This document shows positions 40,140 through 53,780 of a stretch of DNA of 64,000 bases, one piece after another. A program made the position numbers and the translations under genes. The stretch lies in NCBI GenBank assembly GCA_963737155.1, contig CAVTRN010000001.1, positions 1,376,001-1,440,000 on the forward strand, in the 5' to 3' direction. The first letter of the stretch is position 1. Every line of letters begins with the position of its first letter. A model generated the notes under the pieces. The model ran no database searches. It saw only the letters and a program-made list of their open reading frames with translations, and was not told the DNA's origin. This DNA is from Nitrospirota bacterium (GTDB lineage Bacteria; Nitrospirota; UBA9217).

Positions 40140-40841
40140 ATGTCAGGTAAAAAATATAAAGCAGTGGCAGCACTGGTTGATCAGACAAAACAGTATGGTG
40201 TGGAAGAGGCCGTAGGTCTGGCCAAGAAAACAGCGAGGACCAAATTCGACGAGACCGTCGATCTCGCCGTTAGACTGGGGGTAGACCCCAAACAGGCTGA
40301 TCAGATGGTTCGGGGAACTATTGTCCTTCCGCATGGAACTGGGAAAAAAGTCAAGATTTTAGTGTTTGCAAAGGGTGAAAAAGACAAGGAAGCGCGCGAT
40401 GCCGGGGCCGATTATGTTGGCGCCGAGGATCTTGCCGAGAAAATTCAAAAAGAAGGCTGGACTGATTTCGACACCGTGGTCGCGACACCTGACATCATGG
40501 GGCTGGTTGGACGGCTCGGTAAGGTGCTCGGTCCCCGCGGGTTGATGCCTAATCCCAAGACCGGAACTGTTACCTTCGACGTGGCCAAAGCTATTAAGGA
40601 GATCAGGGCTGGTAAAGTCGAGTATCGCGTTGAGAAGGCCGGCATTGTCCATGTGCCGGTTGGCAAGTCTTCTTTCGATGAGACCAAATTGATCGACAAT
40701 GCCAAAGCTGTGCTCGAATCCATTTTGAAGGCAAAGCCTTCCTCCAGTAAAGGCAAATATCTCAGGAGTGCAACGGTTTCGACCACTATGGGACCGGGCG
40801 TCAAAATCGATCTTGACGAGATTGAAAAGATAGCTGGGTAG
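40140..40841 (+). CDS. rplA: 50S ribosomal protein L1
   Basis: [25 protein letters not shown] and STTMGPG. Confidence 0.98.
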   Translation: MSGKKYKAVAALVDQTKQYGVEEAVGLAKKTARTKFDETVDLAVRLGVDPKQADQMVRGTIVLPHGTGKKVKILVFAKGEKDKEARDAGADYVGAEDLAEKIQKEGWTDFDTVVATPDIMGLVGRLGKVLGPRGLMPNPKTGTVTFDVAKAIKEIRAGKVEYRVEKAGIVHVPVGKSSFDETKLIDNAKAVLESILKAKPSSSKGKYLRSATVSTTMGPGVKIDLDEIEKIAG

Positions 40842-40871
40842 TAATTTTTTGAAAAGGTCGGCCCCTTAATT

Positions 40872-40960
40872 CCGGGGTGCGGTCCGAGACAGCAGGCACC
40901 GAGGTTCAGTATCATAAAATCGCGGTTTAATTCCGAAAAGGGGCCTGCCGAGACCCGGGT
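40872..40960 (+). ncRNA. L10 leader (rplJL autoregulatory RNA)
   Basis: CCGAGACAGCAGG...TTAAT...CCTGCCGAG pattern upstream of rplJ. Confidence 0.75.
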
Positions 40961-41047
40961 CAGAAAAGACAGTAGAGCTTACTAGCTGCTTTCTTTCGAG
41001 ATTCCTGGGCTGGTCATCGGGAACTCTTGAAAGAAAGGAGGACTGCA

Positions 41048-41560
41048 TTGAATAAAGTAGAAAAAAAAGAAGCGATAGATGAGCTTCATGAGAAGTTTGC
41101 CCGTGCGAAGACCGCGGTGATTACCGGCTACTCCGGGATCAATGTGGAGCAAATCACGGAGCTTCGCTCCAAGTTGCGCAAAGCGCAGGTGGAGTACAGA
41201 GTCGTGAAGAATACCTTGGCGCGGAAGGCCGCGGAAGGCACCGGACTCGAGCCGTTGAAGGACTACTTTGTCGGGCCGGTGGGCATTGCGCTCGGATATG
41301 ACGACGTGGTTGCGCCGGCGAAGGTACTCTCTGATTTCAGCAAGACACAGGTCAAGCTGCTGCTCAAGGTTGGCGTGCTTGACGGAAAACTTCTTAAGCA
41401 GGCAGATATCAAGGCGCTTGCCAATCTGCCGTCGCTGAACACACTTCGCGGAAAAATTGTCGGGCTTCTCCAAGCGCCGCCGTCCAGGATTGTCGGTGTG
41501 CTTGCAGCTCCGGGCGGTCAGATCGCCAGGGTCCTGAAGGCAAAAGCCGATAAGGGGTAA
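41048..41560 (+). CDS. rplJ: 50S ribosomal protein L10 (TTG start)
   Basis: LRSKLR..YRVVKNTL and LA.LPS; AGGAGG RBS. Confidence 0.96.
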   Translation: MNKVEKKEAIDELHEKFARAKTAVITGYSGINVEQITELRSKLRKAQVEYRVVKNTLARKAAEGTGLEPLKDYFVGPVGIALGYDDVVAPAKVLSDFSKTQVKLLLKVGVLDGKLLKQADIKALANLPSLNTLRGKIVGLLQAPPSRIVGVLAAPGGQIARVLKAKADKG

Positions 41561-41634
41561 CTTGAAATATACATGCCCGTCCAGCGGGTACGTGTTACAA
41601 AAATTTTTTAACCATTCTCAGGAGGAATTGAAAC

Positions 41635-42012
41635 ATGGCAGATTTAGCGAAGATTGTTGACGAGTTAAGCAGCTTGACCGTTCTGGAAGCTGCGGAATTG
41701 AGCAAGAAACTTGAAGAGAAGTGGGGCGTGTCGGCAGCGGCGCCCGTGGCTGTTGCAGCCGCAGGCGCAGCAGGCGGGGCAGCGGCAGCGGTGGAAGAAA
41801 AGACCGCATTCGATGTGATTCTGGCAAGCGCCGGCGCGCAGAAAATCAATGTGATCAAAGTGGTCCGCGAGCTCACAGGTTTGGGCCTCAAGGAAGCAAA
41901 AGACCTGGTTGAAGGCGCTCCCAAACCGGTGAAGACCGGAGTCTCAAAAGAAGATGCCGAAGGTATGAAGAAGAAGCTGACCGACGCAGGCGCAACCGTC
42001 GAGGTCAAGTAA
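41635..42012 (+). CDS. rplL: 50S ribosomal protein L7/L12
   Basis: [17 protein letters not shown] and [12 protein letters not shown]. Confidence 0.98.
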   Translation: MADLAKIVDELSSLTVLEAAELSKKLEEKWGVSAAAPVAVAAAGAAGGAAAAVEEKTAFDVILASAGAQKINVIKVVRELTGLGLKEAKDLVEGAPKPVKTGVSKEDAEGMKKKLTDAGATVEVK

Positions 42013-42040
42013 TAAAACATCATAAAGAGCAATAGTGGTC

Positions 42041-42085
42041 AAGTCCTTGCCCTCCGGTGTTAGCCCGGAGGGCAGAGGACTTTTT
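42041..42085 (+). terminator. Terminator/attenuator between rplL and rpoB
   Basis: AAGTCCT.GCCCTCCGG...CCGGAGGGC.GAGGACTT followed by T run. Confidence 0.75.
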
Positions 42086-42238
42086 GCGTTTATGGATACT
42101 GGTTGCGGTTTCGTTGGTTCGGTATGCAAATTAACGGCTGTTAAGTGCAAGTGAAAAATGTACCTCAGGCTGAAGAAGTCCACGGAACCGGTGTTGTCGT
42201 CTGCATTTTTCATTTAATGCTGTATGAGGGGTGCGAAT

Positions 42239-45200
42239 ATGTCAAAGGAAAAAAGAGAACTTGTCCGCGTCAGAAAGGATTTTTCCAGGATCCCAACGAT
42301 TCTGGAGATTCCCGATCTCATCGAGATCCAAAAAAAATCCTATGATTCTTTTCTCCAGAAGGACGTTGCGTCCGACAAGAGAAAAGATATGGGATTGCAG
42401 GCGGCCTTCAAGAGCGTATACCCCATCTATGATTTCAACGAAACCGCCATGGTGGATTACCTCGGCTATTCGTTGGGTGATCCGAAGTATAGCATCTGGG
42501 AGTGCCTGCAGCGTGGGGCTACTTATGCCGCGCCTTTGAAAATTAAAACCCGCTTGGTTTTCTTTGAAAAGGACGAGCAGGCGGCAACCAAGCGAGTGAA
42601 GGACATCAAGGAGCAGGAGGTGTATGTTGGTGACCTTCCTCTCATGACCGATACCGGGACGTTCATCGTGAACGGGACCGAGCGCGTTGTGGTGAGTCAG
42701 CTCCATCGTTCTCCAGGGGCATTCTTCACCCACGACAAGGGCAGGACCCACGCGAGCGGCAAGATCCTCTACTCGGCCCGCATTATTCCGTACCGCGGTT
42801 CGTGGCTTGACTTTGAATTCGACGTTAAGGACATCGTGTATGTGCGGATCGACCGCCGCCGGAAAATTCCGGCTACGATCCTTCTCAAGGCCTTCGGGTA
42901 TTCGAATGAAGATCTGCTCCGTATGTACTATCCCATTGAAGACATCCGGATCAAGAAGGACGGCTTTTCAAGAGGGATTCATGCCGATGTACTGGCGGGC
43001 CTTAAGGCTCCCATTACCATCTCCGACAAGAATACCCGCGAGCAGATTGTAAAAGAAGGCGCCAAGATCACTCGCGTAGCCATCAAGAAAATGGAGGCAG
43101 CTGGCATCACCGAAATTCCCATGCCCCGTGAAGAACTGATCGACCGTGTCGTTCTCCGTGACGTGATTGATCCCGAAACGGGTGAAGTGCTGCTGCCGGC
43201 TAACGAAAAGATCACTGAAGCCTTCCTGACCCAGATCGCCTCCACCAAGGTGGAAAAGATGGAAGTCATCTACATGGATGGCATACACGTAATCGGTGCC
43301 ATCCGTGATACGCTTCTCTCCGACAAAGTGCAGACATCGGACGAGGCGCTACTGGAGATCTACCGTAAAATGCGCCCCGGCGAACCGCCGACGATCGATA
43401 TGGCACGGAACCTTTTCTCGGGTATGTTCTTCAACACCAAGCGCTACGATCTCTCCCCGGTCGGCAGGCTCAAGTTGAACAAGAAGCTCAAACTCGACAT
43501 TCAGATCGACAAAACCACACTGACGGCTCAGGATGTTGTAGAGGTAATCCGTTACCTCGTCAACCTCCGGACCGGCAGGGGTGAAGTAGACGATATTGAC
43601 CATCTCGGCAACCGTCGTGTGCGGTCCGTGGGCGAGCTTCTGGAGAACCAGATCCGCGTCGGTTTGGCACGCATGGAGCGGGCAATCAAGGAGCGCATGA
43701 GCCTCCAGGACATCGACACGCTCATGCCCCATGACATTATCAATCCCAAGCCGGTGATCGCCGCCATTAAAGAGTTCTTTGGATCAAGCCAGCTTTCCCA
43801 ATTTATGGACCAGACGAATCCTCTTGCGGAGATCACCCACAAACGCAGGCTTTCGGCCCTGGGGCCCGGCGGGCTGACACGAGAACGAGCGGGTTTCGAG
43901 GTGCGCGATGTGCACACCACACATTACGGCAGAATCTGCCCTATCGAGACGCCGGAAGGTCCGAACATAGGTCTGATCGTTTCTCTTGCGACCTATGCGC
44001 GGGTGAACGACTACGGGTTTATCGAGGCGCCATACCGGGAGGTCAAGGCCGCCAAGGTCACCGATGAAATAGAATATCTTTCCGCAGTGGACGGCGAGAA
44101 TTTTGTGGTAGCCCAGGCGAATACACCTATTGACGGCCGCGGCAAGATCGCCGTGGACAGCGTGTCAGCCCGCGTAGGCGGCGAGTTCAAACTAGTGAGC
44201 GCCGAGGAAGTGCAGTACATGGACGTTTCGCCGAAACAGATTGTGTCGGTCTCGGCGGCGCTAATTCCGTTCCTCGAGAATGATGATGCGAACCGGGCTC
44301 TCATGGGATCCAACATGCAGCGCCAGGCGGTTCCCCTGCTTCGGCCCCAGGCTCCAGTGGTCGGCACAGGCATGGAGCGCGTCGCTGCTCGCGACTCAGG
44401 AGCAATTGTCTCGGTCAGACGTGACGGCATCGTCGAAGGCGTGGATTCAACCCGCATTACCGTGAAAGGCGAGGATGCTAAGGGTCGGACGGTCATTGAT
44501 ACCTATCCGCTGACTAAGTTTTACCGATCGAACCAGAACACCTGCATGAATCAGAAGCCGATTGTGCGGATCAGCGACAAGGTGAAAAAAGGGCAGGTCA
44601 TCGCTGATGGGCCGGCAACAGACTTGGGCGAACTCGCACTAGGCCAGAACGTACTCGTGTCCTTCATGCCCTGGAGCGGCTACAACTACGAAGACGCCAT
44701 CATAATCAGTGAAAAGCTTGTGAAGGAAGACCGGTATACATCGATTCACATCGAAGAGTTCGAGATTGAGGCTCGCGACACGAAGCTTGGTAAGGAAGAA
44801 ATCACTCGTGATATCCCTAACCTCGGTGAAGAAACGCTTAGAAATCTCGACGAAAACGGTATCATCCGTATCGGAGCGGAGGTCATGCCTGGCGATATTC
44901 TCATCGGCAAGGTGACCCCAAAAGGCGAGACGCAGCTTACCCCGGAAGAAAAGCTCCTGCGGGCCATTTTCGGCGAAAAAGCCGGTGACGTCCGGGACGC
45001 TTCGCTTTACACTCCTCCGGGCATCGAAGGCACCGTTATTGACGTCAAGGTTTTCTCGCGCAAGGGTGAGGACAAGAACGAACGCCTAAAAACTCAGGAG
45101 AGCGAGGAGATCGCGCGGCTCCAGAAGGAATATCAGGACGAGGTGCGCGCAGCCAAGGAAGACAAGTATAAACGCATCAGGAGAATCCTGAGCGGCAAGA

Positions 45201-46231
45201 CCGCCGCTGACAAGATTGTGAACTCCAAGACCGGCAAGACCGAGTTGGCCAAGGGAAAGAAGATCAACGCAGAGATTCTCGACAAGCTGCCCGAGAAGGA
45301 TCTTGCTAAAATCAAGGTCGAATCCGAGGACTATCCCGCCAAGCTTCAGGAGATACTCGACAATTCGGAGAATCAACTCGGCATCCTTGAGTCGATTTAT
45401 GACGAGAAGATCGGTAGGCTGAAGCGCGGCGACGACCTGCCGCCCGGCGTGGTCAAACTCGTAAAGGTTTATGTGGCCATGAAACGTAAGCTTTCAGTCG
45501 GAGACAAGATGGCCGGCCGTCATGGAAACAAGGGTGTGGTTTCCCGGATCGTGCCGGAGGAAGACATGCCTTACCTTCCCGACGGCACGCCTGTCGAGAT
45601 CGTTTTAAACCCGCTTGGGGTGCCGTCTCGAATGAACGTGGGACAGATCCTTGAAACGCATCTGGGCTGGGCCGCCAAAGCCCTCGGTCTACACGTGGCA
45701 ACGCCGGTGTTCGATGGCGCTTCAGAAGATCGCATCAAGACAATGCTGAAGGAAGCGAAGCTGCCGCCGACTGGCCAGTCCCAGCTCTTTGACGGCCGAT
45801 CCGGTGAGCCCTTCGACAAGCCGGTTACCGTCGGATATATGTACATGCTGAAGCTGCATCATCTGGTCGACGATAAGTTGCACGCACGTTCCATCGGTCC
45901 TTATTCGCTTGTAACGCAGCAGCCGCTGGGCGGCAAAGCCCAGTTCGGCGGCCAGCGGCTCGGCGAAATGGAAGTCTGGGCGCTGCAGGCCTATGGAGCC
46001 GCATACTGTTTGCAGGAATTCCTGACGGTAAAATCCGATGACGTGTCTGGACGCGCCAAGATCTATGAAGCCATTGTGAAGGGCGAAAATACTCTTGAAC
46101 CGGGTCTGCCCGAATCGTTCTATGTGCTGATCAAGGAACTCCAGAGTCTCTGCCTCGACGTCGAGCTTATTGAGAGGAAAAACGAGAAAGAACGGGTAAT
46201 AGGACTTGAAAAGATATCTTCTGCGCGGTAG
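42239..46231 (+). CDS. rpoB: RNA polymerase beta subunit
   Basis: [32 protein letters not shown] and [12 protein letters not shown]. Confidence 0.99.
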   Translation: MSKEKRELVRVRKDFSRIPTILEIPDLIEIQKKSYDSFLQKDVASDKRKDMGLQAAFKSVYPIYDFNETAMVDYLGYSLGDPKYSIWECLQRGATYAAPLKIKTRLVFFEKDEQAATKRVKDIKEQEVYVGDLPLMTDTGTFIVNGTERVVVSQLHRSPGAFFTHDKGRTHASGKILYSARIIPYRGSWLDFEFDVKDIVYVRIDRRRKIPATILLKAFGYSNEDLLRMYYPIEDIRIKKDGFSRGIHADVLAGLKAPITISDKNTREQIVKEGAKITRVAIKKMEAAGITEIPMPREELIDRVVLRDVIDPETGEVLLPANEKITEAFLTQIASTKVEKMEVIYMDGIHVIGAIRDTLLSDKVQTSDEALLEIYRKMRPGEPPTIDMARNLFSGMFFNTKRYDLSPVGRLKLNKKLKLDIQIDKTTLTAQDVVEVIRYLVNLRTGRGEVDDIDHLGNRRVRSVGELLENQIRVGLARMERAIKERMSLQDIDTLMPHDIINPKPVIAAIKEFFGSSQLSQFMDQTNPLAEITHKRRLSALGPGGLTRERAGFEVRDVHTTHYGRICPIETPEGPNIGLIVSLATYARVNDYGFIEAPYREVKAAKVTDEIEYLSAVDGENFVVAQANTPIDGRGKIAVDSVSARVGGEFKLVSAEEVQYMDVSPKQIVSVSAALIPFLENDDANRALMGSNMQRQAVPLLRPQAPVVGTGMERVAARDSGAIVSVRRDGIVEGVDSTRITVKGEDAKGRTVIDTYPLTKFYRSNQNTCMNQKPIVRISDKVKKGQVIADGPATDLGELALGQNVLVSFMPWSGYNYEDAIIISEKLVKEDRYTSIHIEEFEIEARDTKLGKEEITRDIPNLGEETLRNLDENGIIRIGAEVMPGDILIGKVTPKGETQLTPEEKLLRAIFGEKAGDVRDASLYTPPGIEGTVIDVKVFSRKGEDKNERLKTQESEEIARLQKEYQDEVRAAKEDKYKRIRRILSGKTAADKIVNSKTGKTELAKGKKINAEILDKLPEKDLAKIKVESEDYPAKLQEILDNSENQLGILESIYDEKIGRLKRGDDLPPGVVKLVKVYVAMKRKLSVGDKMAGRHGNKGVVSRIVPEEDMPYLPDGTPVEIVLNPLGVPSRMNVGQILETHLGWAAKALGLHVATPVFDGASEDRIKTMLKEAKLPPTGQSQLFDGRSGEPFDKPVTVGYMYMLKLHHLVDDKLHARSIGPYSLVTQQPLGGKAQFGGQRLGEMEVWALQAYGAAYCLQEFLTVKSDDVSGRAKIYEAIVKGENTLEPGLPESFYVLIKELQSLCLDVELIERKNEKERVIGLEKISSAR

Positions 46232-46352
46232 CAGTTTTATCGTGGGCAAGGAATCAGTCCTTTGTAGACTGACGGCGTATGGTATATGAAGCAAGCAGGC
46301 CGGATGAAAGATTAGGATATGAGGACGCAGTCCTCTCCTATGGAGGTACACT

Positions 46353-49300
46353 GTGGAAGAGAAACAGTTATCAGAAAATAAAGCCAGAGCAGAGGTAATG
46401 AGTCTCTTTGAAAAACCGAAGGATATCAGCTTTGATGCCATGAGGATTAAAATTGCTTCGCCGGACCGGATTAAAGAATGGTCTTTTGGCGAGGTCAAGA
46501 AGCCGGAGACCATCAATTACCGCTCCTTCAAACCGGAGCGCGATGGTCTTTTTTGCGCCAAGATATTCGGTCCCATCAAGGACTGGGAATGTCTCTGCGG
46601 AAAATACAAAAGGATGAAACACCGCGGTATTGTCTGCGACAAGTGTGGCGTTGAAGTCATCCAGTCCAAAGTGCGGCGCGAGCGCATGGGGCACATCGAG
46701 CTTTCCTCACCCGTTGCCCATATCTGGTTCCTTAAGGGGCTTCCGAGCCGTATTGGTACATTGCTTGATATGACACTTCGGCAGCTTGAGAAGGTACTCT
46801 ATTTTGAAGGGTATGTTGTGGTCGAGCCCGGCGATACGCCGCTTAAACACAAAGAGCTTTTGACCGAGGAAAAGTTCCGCAAAGCTCAGCAGGAGTACGG
46901 TATCAGCGCCTTTAAGGCGGGGATGGGCGCCGAAGCGATCCGGGAAATGCTTAAAGCTGTCGATCTTGAGGTGGAGTCGGAAGATATCCGAAAGAAGATC
47001 GAGACCGCGACTTCCATGGCCACGAAGAAAAAACTGACCAAACGCCTCAAGGTCATTGAAGCGTTTCGTAAATCGGGCAATAAACCGGAGTGGATGATTC
47101 TCGACGTTATCCCGGTGATTCCGCCGGAGTTGCGCCCGCTCGTCCCGCTCGAAGGTGGCCGGTTCGCCACATCGGACCTGAACGACCTCTACCGCAGGGT
47201 TATCAACAGGAACAACAGGCTTCATCGTCTTGAAGAGCTTAAAGCGCCGTCCGTCATTATCCGGAATGAAAAGCGAATGTTGCAGGAGGCGGTGGACGCG
47301 CTCTTCGATAATGGCAGGCGGGGACGTGTTCTGCGTGGGCCGAATAAGCGTCCGCTCAAGTCACTCTCAGATATGCTCAAGGGCAAACAGGGACGTTTCC
47401 GCCAAAATCTTCTCGGAAAGCGCGTTGATTATTCCGGCCGTTCCGTGATCGTCGTTGGACCCGACCTCAAGCTCCATCAATGCGGCCTGCCGAAGAAGAT
47501 GGCGCTAGAGCTGTTCAAGCCTTTTATCTTCAATAAACTTGAAGAGAAGGGCTATGCAACGACAATCAAGAGCGCCAAGAAAATGATTGAGCGCGAGCGG
47601 CCCGAGGTGTGGGACGTACTCGAAGAGGTTATCCAGGAACACCCAGTTCTCCTGAACCGCGCCCCAACCCTTCACAGGCTAGGCATCCAGGCCTTTGATC
47701 CGATCCTAGTTGAAGGCAAGGCTATCCGTCTTCATCCTCTCGTGTGCGCAGCGTTCAACGCTGACTTCGACGGCGATCAGATGGCCGTACACATCCCACT
47801 TTCGGTCGAGGCACAGCTAGAAGCACGCGTCCTCATGCTTTCAGTGAATAACGTCCTTTCGCCGGCGAACGGAAGGCCAATCACGGTTCCTTCTCAGGAT
47901 ATCGTGCTCGGCTGCTATTATCTGACCAAAAGCCGTTCTGGAGTTCTCGGCGAGGGGAAAATATTCTCCAGTAAAGATGAAGTGCGTATCGCTTTTGATC
48001 AGAACGTGGCTGACATCCATGCCCACATCCGGGTCCGCATCAACGGCAAGATCGAAGAAACGACCGTCGGCCGGGTTCTCTTCAGCGATATTCTGCCTGA
48101 AGGCATGTCCTTCTCTTCGGTCAACAAGGAAATGACCAAGAAGGAGCTAGCAAAACTCATTGACGAGTGTTACCGAAAGCTGGGTCTCAGACGCACGGTC
48201 GTACTGATCGACGACTTGAAGGAAATGGGTTTCAAGTTTGCCACCCGCGCCGGGATCTCCATCTGCATTTCTGACATGCATATCCCGAGCAAGAAACAGA
48301 AGTTTATAGATCAGGCTCAGAAGGAAGTCATGGAAATCCACCATCAGTATACCGAGGGTCTCATTACGAATGGCGAGCGTTATAACAAGGAAATTGACAT
48401 TTGGGCAAACGTGACCGAAAAGATAGCAGATGAAATGATGGCTGAACTCGGCATGGAAGCCGTTGAGCTGGGGGGGGCCAAGAAGTCGGAACTCCAGGAG
48501 GCCAGATCCTTCAACAACATCTTTATGATGGCCGACTCGGGTGCGCGCGGTAGCACACAGCAGATCAGGCAGCTTGCGGGCATGCGCGGTCTTATGGCAA
48601 AACCGTCTGGTGAAATCATCGAGACGCCGATTACGGCAAACTTCCGCGAAGGCCTTACCGTGCTGCAGTACTTTATTTCGACCCACGGCGCGCGCAAGGG
48701 TCTTGCCGACACTGCGCTAAAGACCGCAAACTCCGGTTACCTGACGAGACGTCTCGTCGATGTGGCGCAGGATGTAATCATCACCCAGGTCGATTGCGGT
48801 ACGACGGACGGCATCATCGTCGGATCTCTCGTTGAAGGCGGGGAAATTATCGAACCTCTGTCCGAGCGTCTTCTCGGCCGTGTTGCCGCAGAGGACGTCA
48901 AGGATCCAATCACGAAAGAGGTAATTGTCCCGACTAAGAAGGAAATCAACGAGGAACTCGTCAAGCGCGTTGATGAGGCGGGAATAGATCGCATCAAGAT
49001 CCGTTCCGTGCTGACCTGCCAGTCCCTGCGCGGCGTCTGCAAAATGTGTTATGGCAGAGACCTCGGCCGTGGCAAACTCGTAGATATCGGCGAGGCAATC
49101 GGCATCATCGCGGCCCAGTCCATCGGTGAACCGGGTACACAGCTGACGATGAGAACGTTTCACATCGGCGGTACTGCCAGCAAGGTTGTTGAGCAGACCG
49201 TGCTTGAGGCGAAGAATGCCGGCGTCATTAAATACCTCAACCTGAACACGGTGAAAAACAAGGAAGGCGATTACGTCGTCATGTCCCGCAGCGGCAACGT

Positions 49301-50498
49301 AGCTATCTACGATGAAACGGGGCGTGAAAGGGAAAAATATGCGATTATCTACGGCGCCCGGCTTAAGGTTCAGGACGGCCAGAAGGTTGATGTCGGTCAA
49401 AGGCTTGTGGAGTGGGATCCCTATTCATTGCCGATTCTCACTGAAATCGGCGGCAAGATCGCTTTTGGCGATATCATCGAAGGTGTGACCATGCGTGAGG
49501 AAGTGGATGAAGTCACCGGGCTGTCCCGGAAGGTGATTATCGACTATCCGAACCAGAACCTGCGGCCGCGCATCTCTATCAAGGACCAGCACGGGAAAAC
49601 CGCCAGACTGCCCGGCTCCAACGTCGTCGCACGCTATCTTTTGCCTGCGGGCGCCCACATCCTCGTGGACAAGGGCGATGAAATTTTCCCCGGTGATATC
49701 CTGGTCAAGATCCCTCGTGAAACTACGAAAACCAAGGACATAACGGGCGGTCTCCCGAGGGTGGCTGAACTCTTCGAAGCAAGAAAACCGAAGGAGCAGG
49801 CCATCATCAGTGAAATCGACGGTACCGTGGAATTCGGCGGTTTCGTGAAGGGCATGCGCCGTATTCTGGTGAAAGATGGTATGGGGAACGAAAAGGAGTA
49901 CCTCATCCCCAAGGGCAAGCATGTGAATGTGCACGAGGGTGACTGGGTTACCGCCGGTGAACCACTTATGGACGGCCCCGTGGATCCTCACGATATTCTC
50001 AATGTGCTCGGACCGAAGGAACTGCAGAAGTACCTTGTCGACGAAGTACAGCAGGTCTATCGCCTCCAAGGCGTGAGCATCAACGACAAGCATATCGAGG
50101 TCATCGTGCGCCAGATGCTTCGCAAGGTCCGGATTGAAGATGCCGGCGATTCGTCTTTCCTGATCGGTGAGCAGGTGGACCGCTTCTCATTCGCGAGGGA
50201 GAACGAGGCGGTGATCGCCAGAGGCAGCAAGCCTGCCACGGCACGGCCCATTCTTCTAGGTATCACCAAGGCGTCGCTCACTACGGACAGCTTCATCTCC
50301 GCGGCTTCATTTCAGGAAACCACACGAGTGCTGACGGAAGCAGCCATCACTGGAGCGGTGGACGATCTTGTAGGATTGAAAGAGAACGTGATTATGGGAA
50401 GGCTGATTCCGGCAGGGACCGGGATGACTGAGTACCGAAATACTTATGTGGTTGTCGACGAAGATCCTGGGCAGACGGTGGAAGAAAGTCTTAGTTAG
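46353..50498 (+). CDS. rpoC: RNA polymerase beta' subunit
   Basis: NADFDGDQM catalytic motif and zinc-binding Cys clusters. Confidence 0.99.
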   Translation: MEEKQLSENKARAEVMSLFEKPKDISFDAMRIKIASPDRIKEWSFGEVKKPETINYRSFKPERDGLFCAKIFGPIKDWECLCGKYKRMKHRGIVCDKCGVEVIQSKVRRERMGHIELSSPVAHIWFLKGLPSRIGTLLDMTLRQLEKVLYFEGYVVVEPGDTPLKHKELLTEEKFRKAQQEYGISAFKAGMGAEAIREMLKAVDLEVESEDIRKKIETATSMATKKKLTKRLKVIEAFRKSGNKPEWMILDVIPVIPPELRPLVPLEGGRFATSDLNDLYRRVINRNNRLHRLEELKAPSVIIRNEKRMLQEAVDALFDNGRRGRVLRGPNKRPLKSLSDMLKGKQGRFRQNLLGKRVDYSGRSVIVVGPDLKLHQCGLPKKMALELFKPFIFNKLEEKGYATTIKSAKKMIERERPEVWDVLEEVIQEHPVLLNRAPTLHRLGIQAFDPILVEGKAIRLHPLVCAAFNADFDGDQMAVHIPLSVEAQLEARVLMLSVNNVLSPANGRPITVPSQDIVLGCYYLTKSRSGVLGEGKIFSSKDEVRIAFDQNVADIHAHIRVRINGKIEETTVGRVLFSDILPEGMSFSSVNKEMTKKELAKLIDECYRKLGLRRTVVLIDDLKEMGFKFATRAGISICISDMHIPSKKQKFIDQAQKEVMEIHHQYTEGLITNGERYNKEIDIWANVTEKIADEMMAELGMEAVELGGAKKSELQEARSFNNIFMMADSGARGSTQQIRQLAGMRGLMAKPSGEIIETPITANFREGLTVLQYFISTHGARKGLADTALKTANSGYLTRRLVDVAQDVIITQVDCGTTDGIIVGSLVEGGEIIEPLSERLLGRVAAEDVKDPITKEVIVPTKKEINEELVKRVDEAGIDRIKIRSVLTCQSLRGVCKMCYGRDLGRGKLVDIGEAIGIIAAQSIGEPGTQLTMRTFHIGGTASKVVEQTVLEAKNAGVIKYLNLNTVKNKEGDYVVMSRSGNVAIYDETGREREKYAIIYGARLKVQDGQKVDVGQRLVEWDPYSLPILTEIGGKIAFGDIIEGVTMREEVDEVTGLSRKVIIDYPNQNLRPRISIKDQHGKTARLPGSNVVARYLLPAGAHILVDKGDEIFPGDILVKIPRETTKTKDITGGLPRVAELFEARKPKEQAIISEIDGTVEFGGFVKGMRRILVKDGMGNEKEYLIPKGKHVNVHEGDWVTAGEPLMDGPVDPHDILNVLGPKELQKYLVDEVQQVYRLQGVSINDKHIEVIVRQMLRKVRIEDAGDSSFLIGEQVDRFSFARENEAVIARGSKPATARPILLGITKASLTTDSFISAASFQETTRVLTEAAITGAVDDLVGLKENVIMGRLIPAGTGMTEYRNTYVVVDEDPGQTVEESLS

Positions 50499-50612
50499 CC
50501 AAATATCCTGGGTAACATTGCGTTAACCGGTGTAGTAATGCCCCTTGGAAAGCGTATTATCGGAAGAGATTGTTGACGCCAAAAAATATGAGCTAAATGA
50601 TCCAAAAAAAGC

Positions 50613-50641
50613 TTGACAAATTAGTCTTATACCGATATAAT
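50613..50641 (+). promoter_or_regulatory. str operon promoter
   Basis: Perfect TTGACA-17 nt-TATAAT. Confidence 0.85.
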
Positions 50642-50705
50642 TACCGGGTTTTGACTCAATGTTTTTAAAAAACTACTATTTATTTGTTTTTAAGGAGTAA
50701 TTCTC

Positions 50706-51077
50706 GTGCCGACCATTAGTCAATTGGTAAGAAAAGGCAGAACTCTTGCCGCAAGCAAGACCAAGAGTCCCGCACTCAAGAGCTGCCCTCAGAAGCGAGG
50801 GGTCTGTATCAGGGTTTACACAACGACCCCGAAGAAACCAAACTCGGCGCTCAGAAAAGTTGCCAGGGTGAGGCTGACAAACGGCATGGAAGTTACTACG
50901 TACATCCCGGGCGTTGGCCACAATCTGCAGGAACACTCGATTGTTCTCATTCGCGGCGGGAGAGTAAAGGATCTTCCTGGTGTCCGGTACCATATTGTGC
51001 GAGGCACGCTTGATACGGTGGGGGTCGCAAACCGCAAACAAGGTCGTTCCAAGTATGGAGCGAAGAGACCGAAGTAG
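50706..51077 (+). CDS. rpsL: 30S ribosomal protein S12
   Basis: [11 protein letters not shown] and [10 protein letters not shown]. Confidence 0.99.
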   Translation: MPTISQLVRKGRTLAASKTKSPALKSCPQKRGVCIRVYTTTPKKPNSALRKVARVRLTNGMEVTTYIPGVGHNLQEHSIVLIRGGRVKDLPGVRYHIVRGTLDTVGVANRKQGRSKYGAKRPK

Positions 51078-51138
51078 CGGTTAGACGCTGGCTAAAAAAT
51101 CCCGCTTAGGCGGCGATGATATTAAGAAAAGGTAAGCT

Positions 51139-51609
51139 ATGCCGAGAAAAACAGTTATTGTAAAAAGAGAAACGCTGCCGGATCCGAAATACAACAGCAA
51201 AATGCTGGCGAAATTTGTGAACGTGCTTATGCGAAAGGGCAAGAAAAGTACGGCTGAGGCGATCTGCTATAAGGCCTTGGAACGTATTCAGACGAAAACC
51301 AACAGCGATCCGATTGCTATTTTCAAGAAGGCCGTCGAGAATCTCAAGCCGACCCTTGAAGTGAAGTCCCGTCGGGTCGGTGGTGCCTCCTACCAGGTGC
51401 CCATCGAGGTCAAGCAGCCGCGCAGGCTTTCACTCGCATATCGGTGGCTGCGTCTCTATGCTTCGCAGCGGCCTGAAAAATCTATGGTGGACAAGCTCGC
51501 CGGAGAAATTCTTGACGCATCGAACAACACGGGGGCCGCTGTTAAAAAGAGGGAAGATGTGCACCGGATGGCAGAGGCAAACAAGGCCTTCGCTCATTTT
51601 CGCTGGTAA
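51139..51609 (+). CDS. rpsG: 30S ribosomal protein S7
   Basis: [12 protein letters not shown] and [13 protein letters not shown]. Confidence 0.99.
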   Translation: MPRKTVIVKRETLPDPKYNSKMLAKFVNVLMRKGKKSTAEAICYKALERIQTKTNSDPIAIFKKAVENLKPTLEVKSRRVGGASYQVPIEVKQPRRLSLAYRWLRLYASQRPEKSMVDKLAGEILDASNNTGAAVKKREDVHRMAEANKAFAHFRW

Positions 51610-51636
51610 GGTGTTCATGTTGGAGTGGAGGTAGCA

Positions 51637-53727
51637 GTGGCTAGGCAGTATTCTCTGGAAAATACACGCAACATCGGTATCATGGCTCATATCGACGCCG
51701 GCAAAACGACGACGACCGAGCGTATTCTTTACTATACCGGTGTTTCTTATAAAATCGGCGAAGTGCACGATGGCACCGCAGTCATGGACTGGATGGTGCA
51801 GGAGCAGGAGCGCGGCATCACGATCACGTCCGCAGCCACGACCTGCTTCTGGCGGGACAAACGCATCAATATCATTGATACGCCCGGTCACGTGGATTTC
51901 ACCATTGAAGTGGAACGTTCGCTCCGCGTATTAGATGGCGCTGTCGCGGCGTTCGACTCTGTTAGTGGTGTTGAGCCCCAGTCCGAGACGGTCTGGCATC
52001 AGGCTGATAAGTATCAGGTCCCGCGTATTGCCTTCATGAACAAAATGGACCGCATCGGCGCGGACTTCTATATGAGCGTCCAGTCCATGATCGACCGGCT
52101 TGGTGCGAATGCTGTGCCGATCCAGATCCCGATTGGCGCGGAGGACAAGTTCCGTGGTTGCATTGACCTGGTGAAAATGAAGGCGGTTCTATTCGACGAT
52201 GAGACTCTCGGATCAAAATATGTTATCGAAGAGATTCCTGCGGACCTTATGGTCAGAGCGAAAGAGTATCGCGAAAAAATGATCGAGAAGATCGCAGATG
52301 CCGATGATGTGGTGATGGAAAAATTCCTGAACGGAGAGCAGCCGACGGAAGCCGAGATCATGCTGGCGATCCGTAAAGGTACGATCGCCATGAATATTTT
52401 CCCGGTTATTTGCGGGTCGGCGTTCAAGAATAAGGGCGTACAGCTGCTGCTCGATGCTGTCGTGGATTATCTTCCGTCGCCGCTGGACATCCCTCCGGTA
52501 AAGGGAATAAACGCTAAAGGAGAAGAAGTCACCCGTATGACCTCCGATAGTGAACCCTTTGCAGCCGTGGCTTTCAAGATCATGACCGATCCTTTCGTAG
52601 GCCAGCTCACCTTCGTCAGGGTTTACTCCGGGACGCTGCATTCCGGCTCTTATGTGTATAACTCCAGCAAGGGGCAGCGTGAACGCATAGGCAGGCTACT
52701 CAAGATGCATGCGAACAAACGTGAAGAGATCCAGGAGATATATGCCGGCGACATCTGTGCGGCTGTGGGACTGAAGACTACACTTACAGGACACACCTTG
52801 TGTGATGAGAGCAAGCCTGTTATTCTGGAGGCTATGACCTTCCCCGAGCCGGTTATTTCTGTGGCTATCGAGCCAAAAACAAAGGCCGATCAGGAAAGGC
52901 TCGGGTTATCGCTCCAGAAGCTGATGCAGGAGGATCCTTCGTTCCGCGTGTTCACTGACCAGGAAACTGGCCAGACCATTATCTCGGGGATGGGCGAACT
53001 TCATCTTGAGATTATTGTCGATCGCCTGATGCGTGAGTTCAAGGTTGACGCTAATGTGGGCAAGCCCCAGGTGGCGTACCGTGAGACGATTAAGAAAAAA
53101 GTCGTTGCAGAAGGCAAGTTCATACGTCAGTCCGGCGGACGCGGTCAATACGGCCACGTAGTCCTCGAGCTTGAACCGCAGGAGCCGGGAAAAGGTTTTG
53201 AGTTCGTGAACAAGACCGTTGGCGGTTCAGTGCCCAAGGAATATGTTGGACCTACTCAGAAGGGGATAGAAGAAGCCATGGAGAGCGGCGTACTCGCTGG
53301 GTATCCGGTGGTTGATCTTAAAATCACGCTCATTGACGGATCGTATCATGACGTCGACTCCTCGGAAATGGCATTCAAAATAGCCGGTTCCATGGGATTT
53401 AAGGAAGGCGCAGCGAAAGCTAACCCTACGTTGCTTGAGCCTATTATGGCTGTTGAAGTTGTATGTGCCGAGGAGTATATGGGAGATATCATCGGCGACC
53501 TCAGTTCCCGCCGCGGCCGAGTCCAGGGTATGAACATGAGGGGTGCTGGCAGGGTCATAACCGCTCAGGTGCCGCTTTCGGAAATGTTCGGTTATGCAAC
53601 TGACATCCGATCCAAAACACAGGGCAGGGCTACCTATACCATGCAGTTCGCACATTATGAAGAAGTGCCGAAAAACATCTCGGAGCAGATCATTGCTAAG
53701 GTAAAAGGCGAAGCGGTCAAGAAATAA
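51637..53727 (+). CDS. fusA: Elongation factor G (GTG start)
   Basis: [23 protein letters not shown] and GMGELHL. Confidence 0.99.
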   Translation: MARQYSLENTRNIGIMAHIDAGKTTTTERILYYTGVSYKIGEVHDGTAVMDWMVQEQERGITITSAATTCFWRDKRINIIDTPGHVDFTIEVERSLRVLDGAVAAFDSVSGVEPQSETVWHQADKYQVPRIAFMNKMDRIGADFYMSVQSMIDRLGANAVPIQIPIGAEDKFRGCIDLVKMKAVLFDDETLGSKYVIEEIPADLMVRAKEYREKMIEKIADADDVVMEKFLNGEQPTEAEIMLAIRKGTIAMNIFPVICGSAFKNKGVQLLLDAVVDYLPSPLDIPPVKGINAKGEEVTRMTSDSEPFAAVAFKIMTDPFVGQLTFVRVYSGTLHSGSYVYNSSKGQRERIGRLLKMHANKREEIQEIYAGDICAAVGLKTTLTGHTLCDESKPVILEAMTFPEPVISVAIEPKTKADQERLGLSLQKLMQEDPSFRVFTDQETGQTIISGMGELHLEIIVDRLMREFKVDANVGKPQVAYRETIKKKVVAEGKFIRQSGGRGQYGHVVLELEPQEPGKGFEFVNKTVGGSVPKEYVGPTQKGIEEAMESGVLAGYPVVDLKITLIDGSYHDVDSSEMAFKIAGSMGFKEGAAKANPTLLEPIMAVEVVCAEEYMGDIIGDLSSRRGRVQGMNMRGAGRVITAQVPLSEMFGYATDIRSKTQGRATYTMQFAHYEEVPKNISEQIIAKVKGEAVKK

Positions 53728-53780
53728 TCATTCTTTAACTATTACATTCGATTTACACTTCCCAACAGGAGGCGGATAGT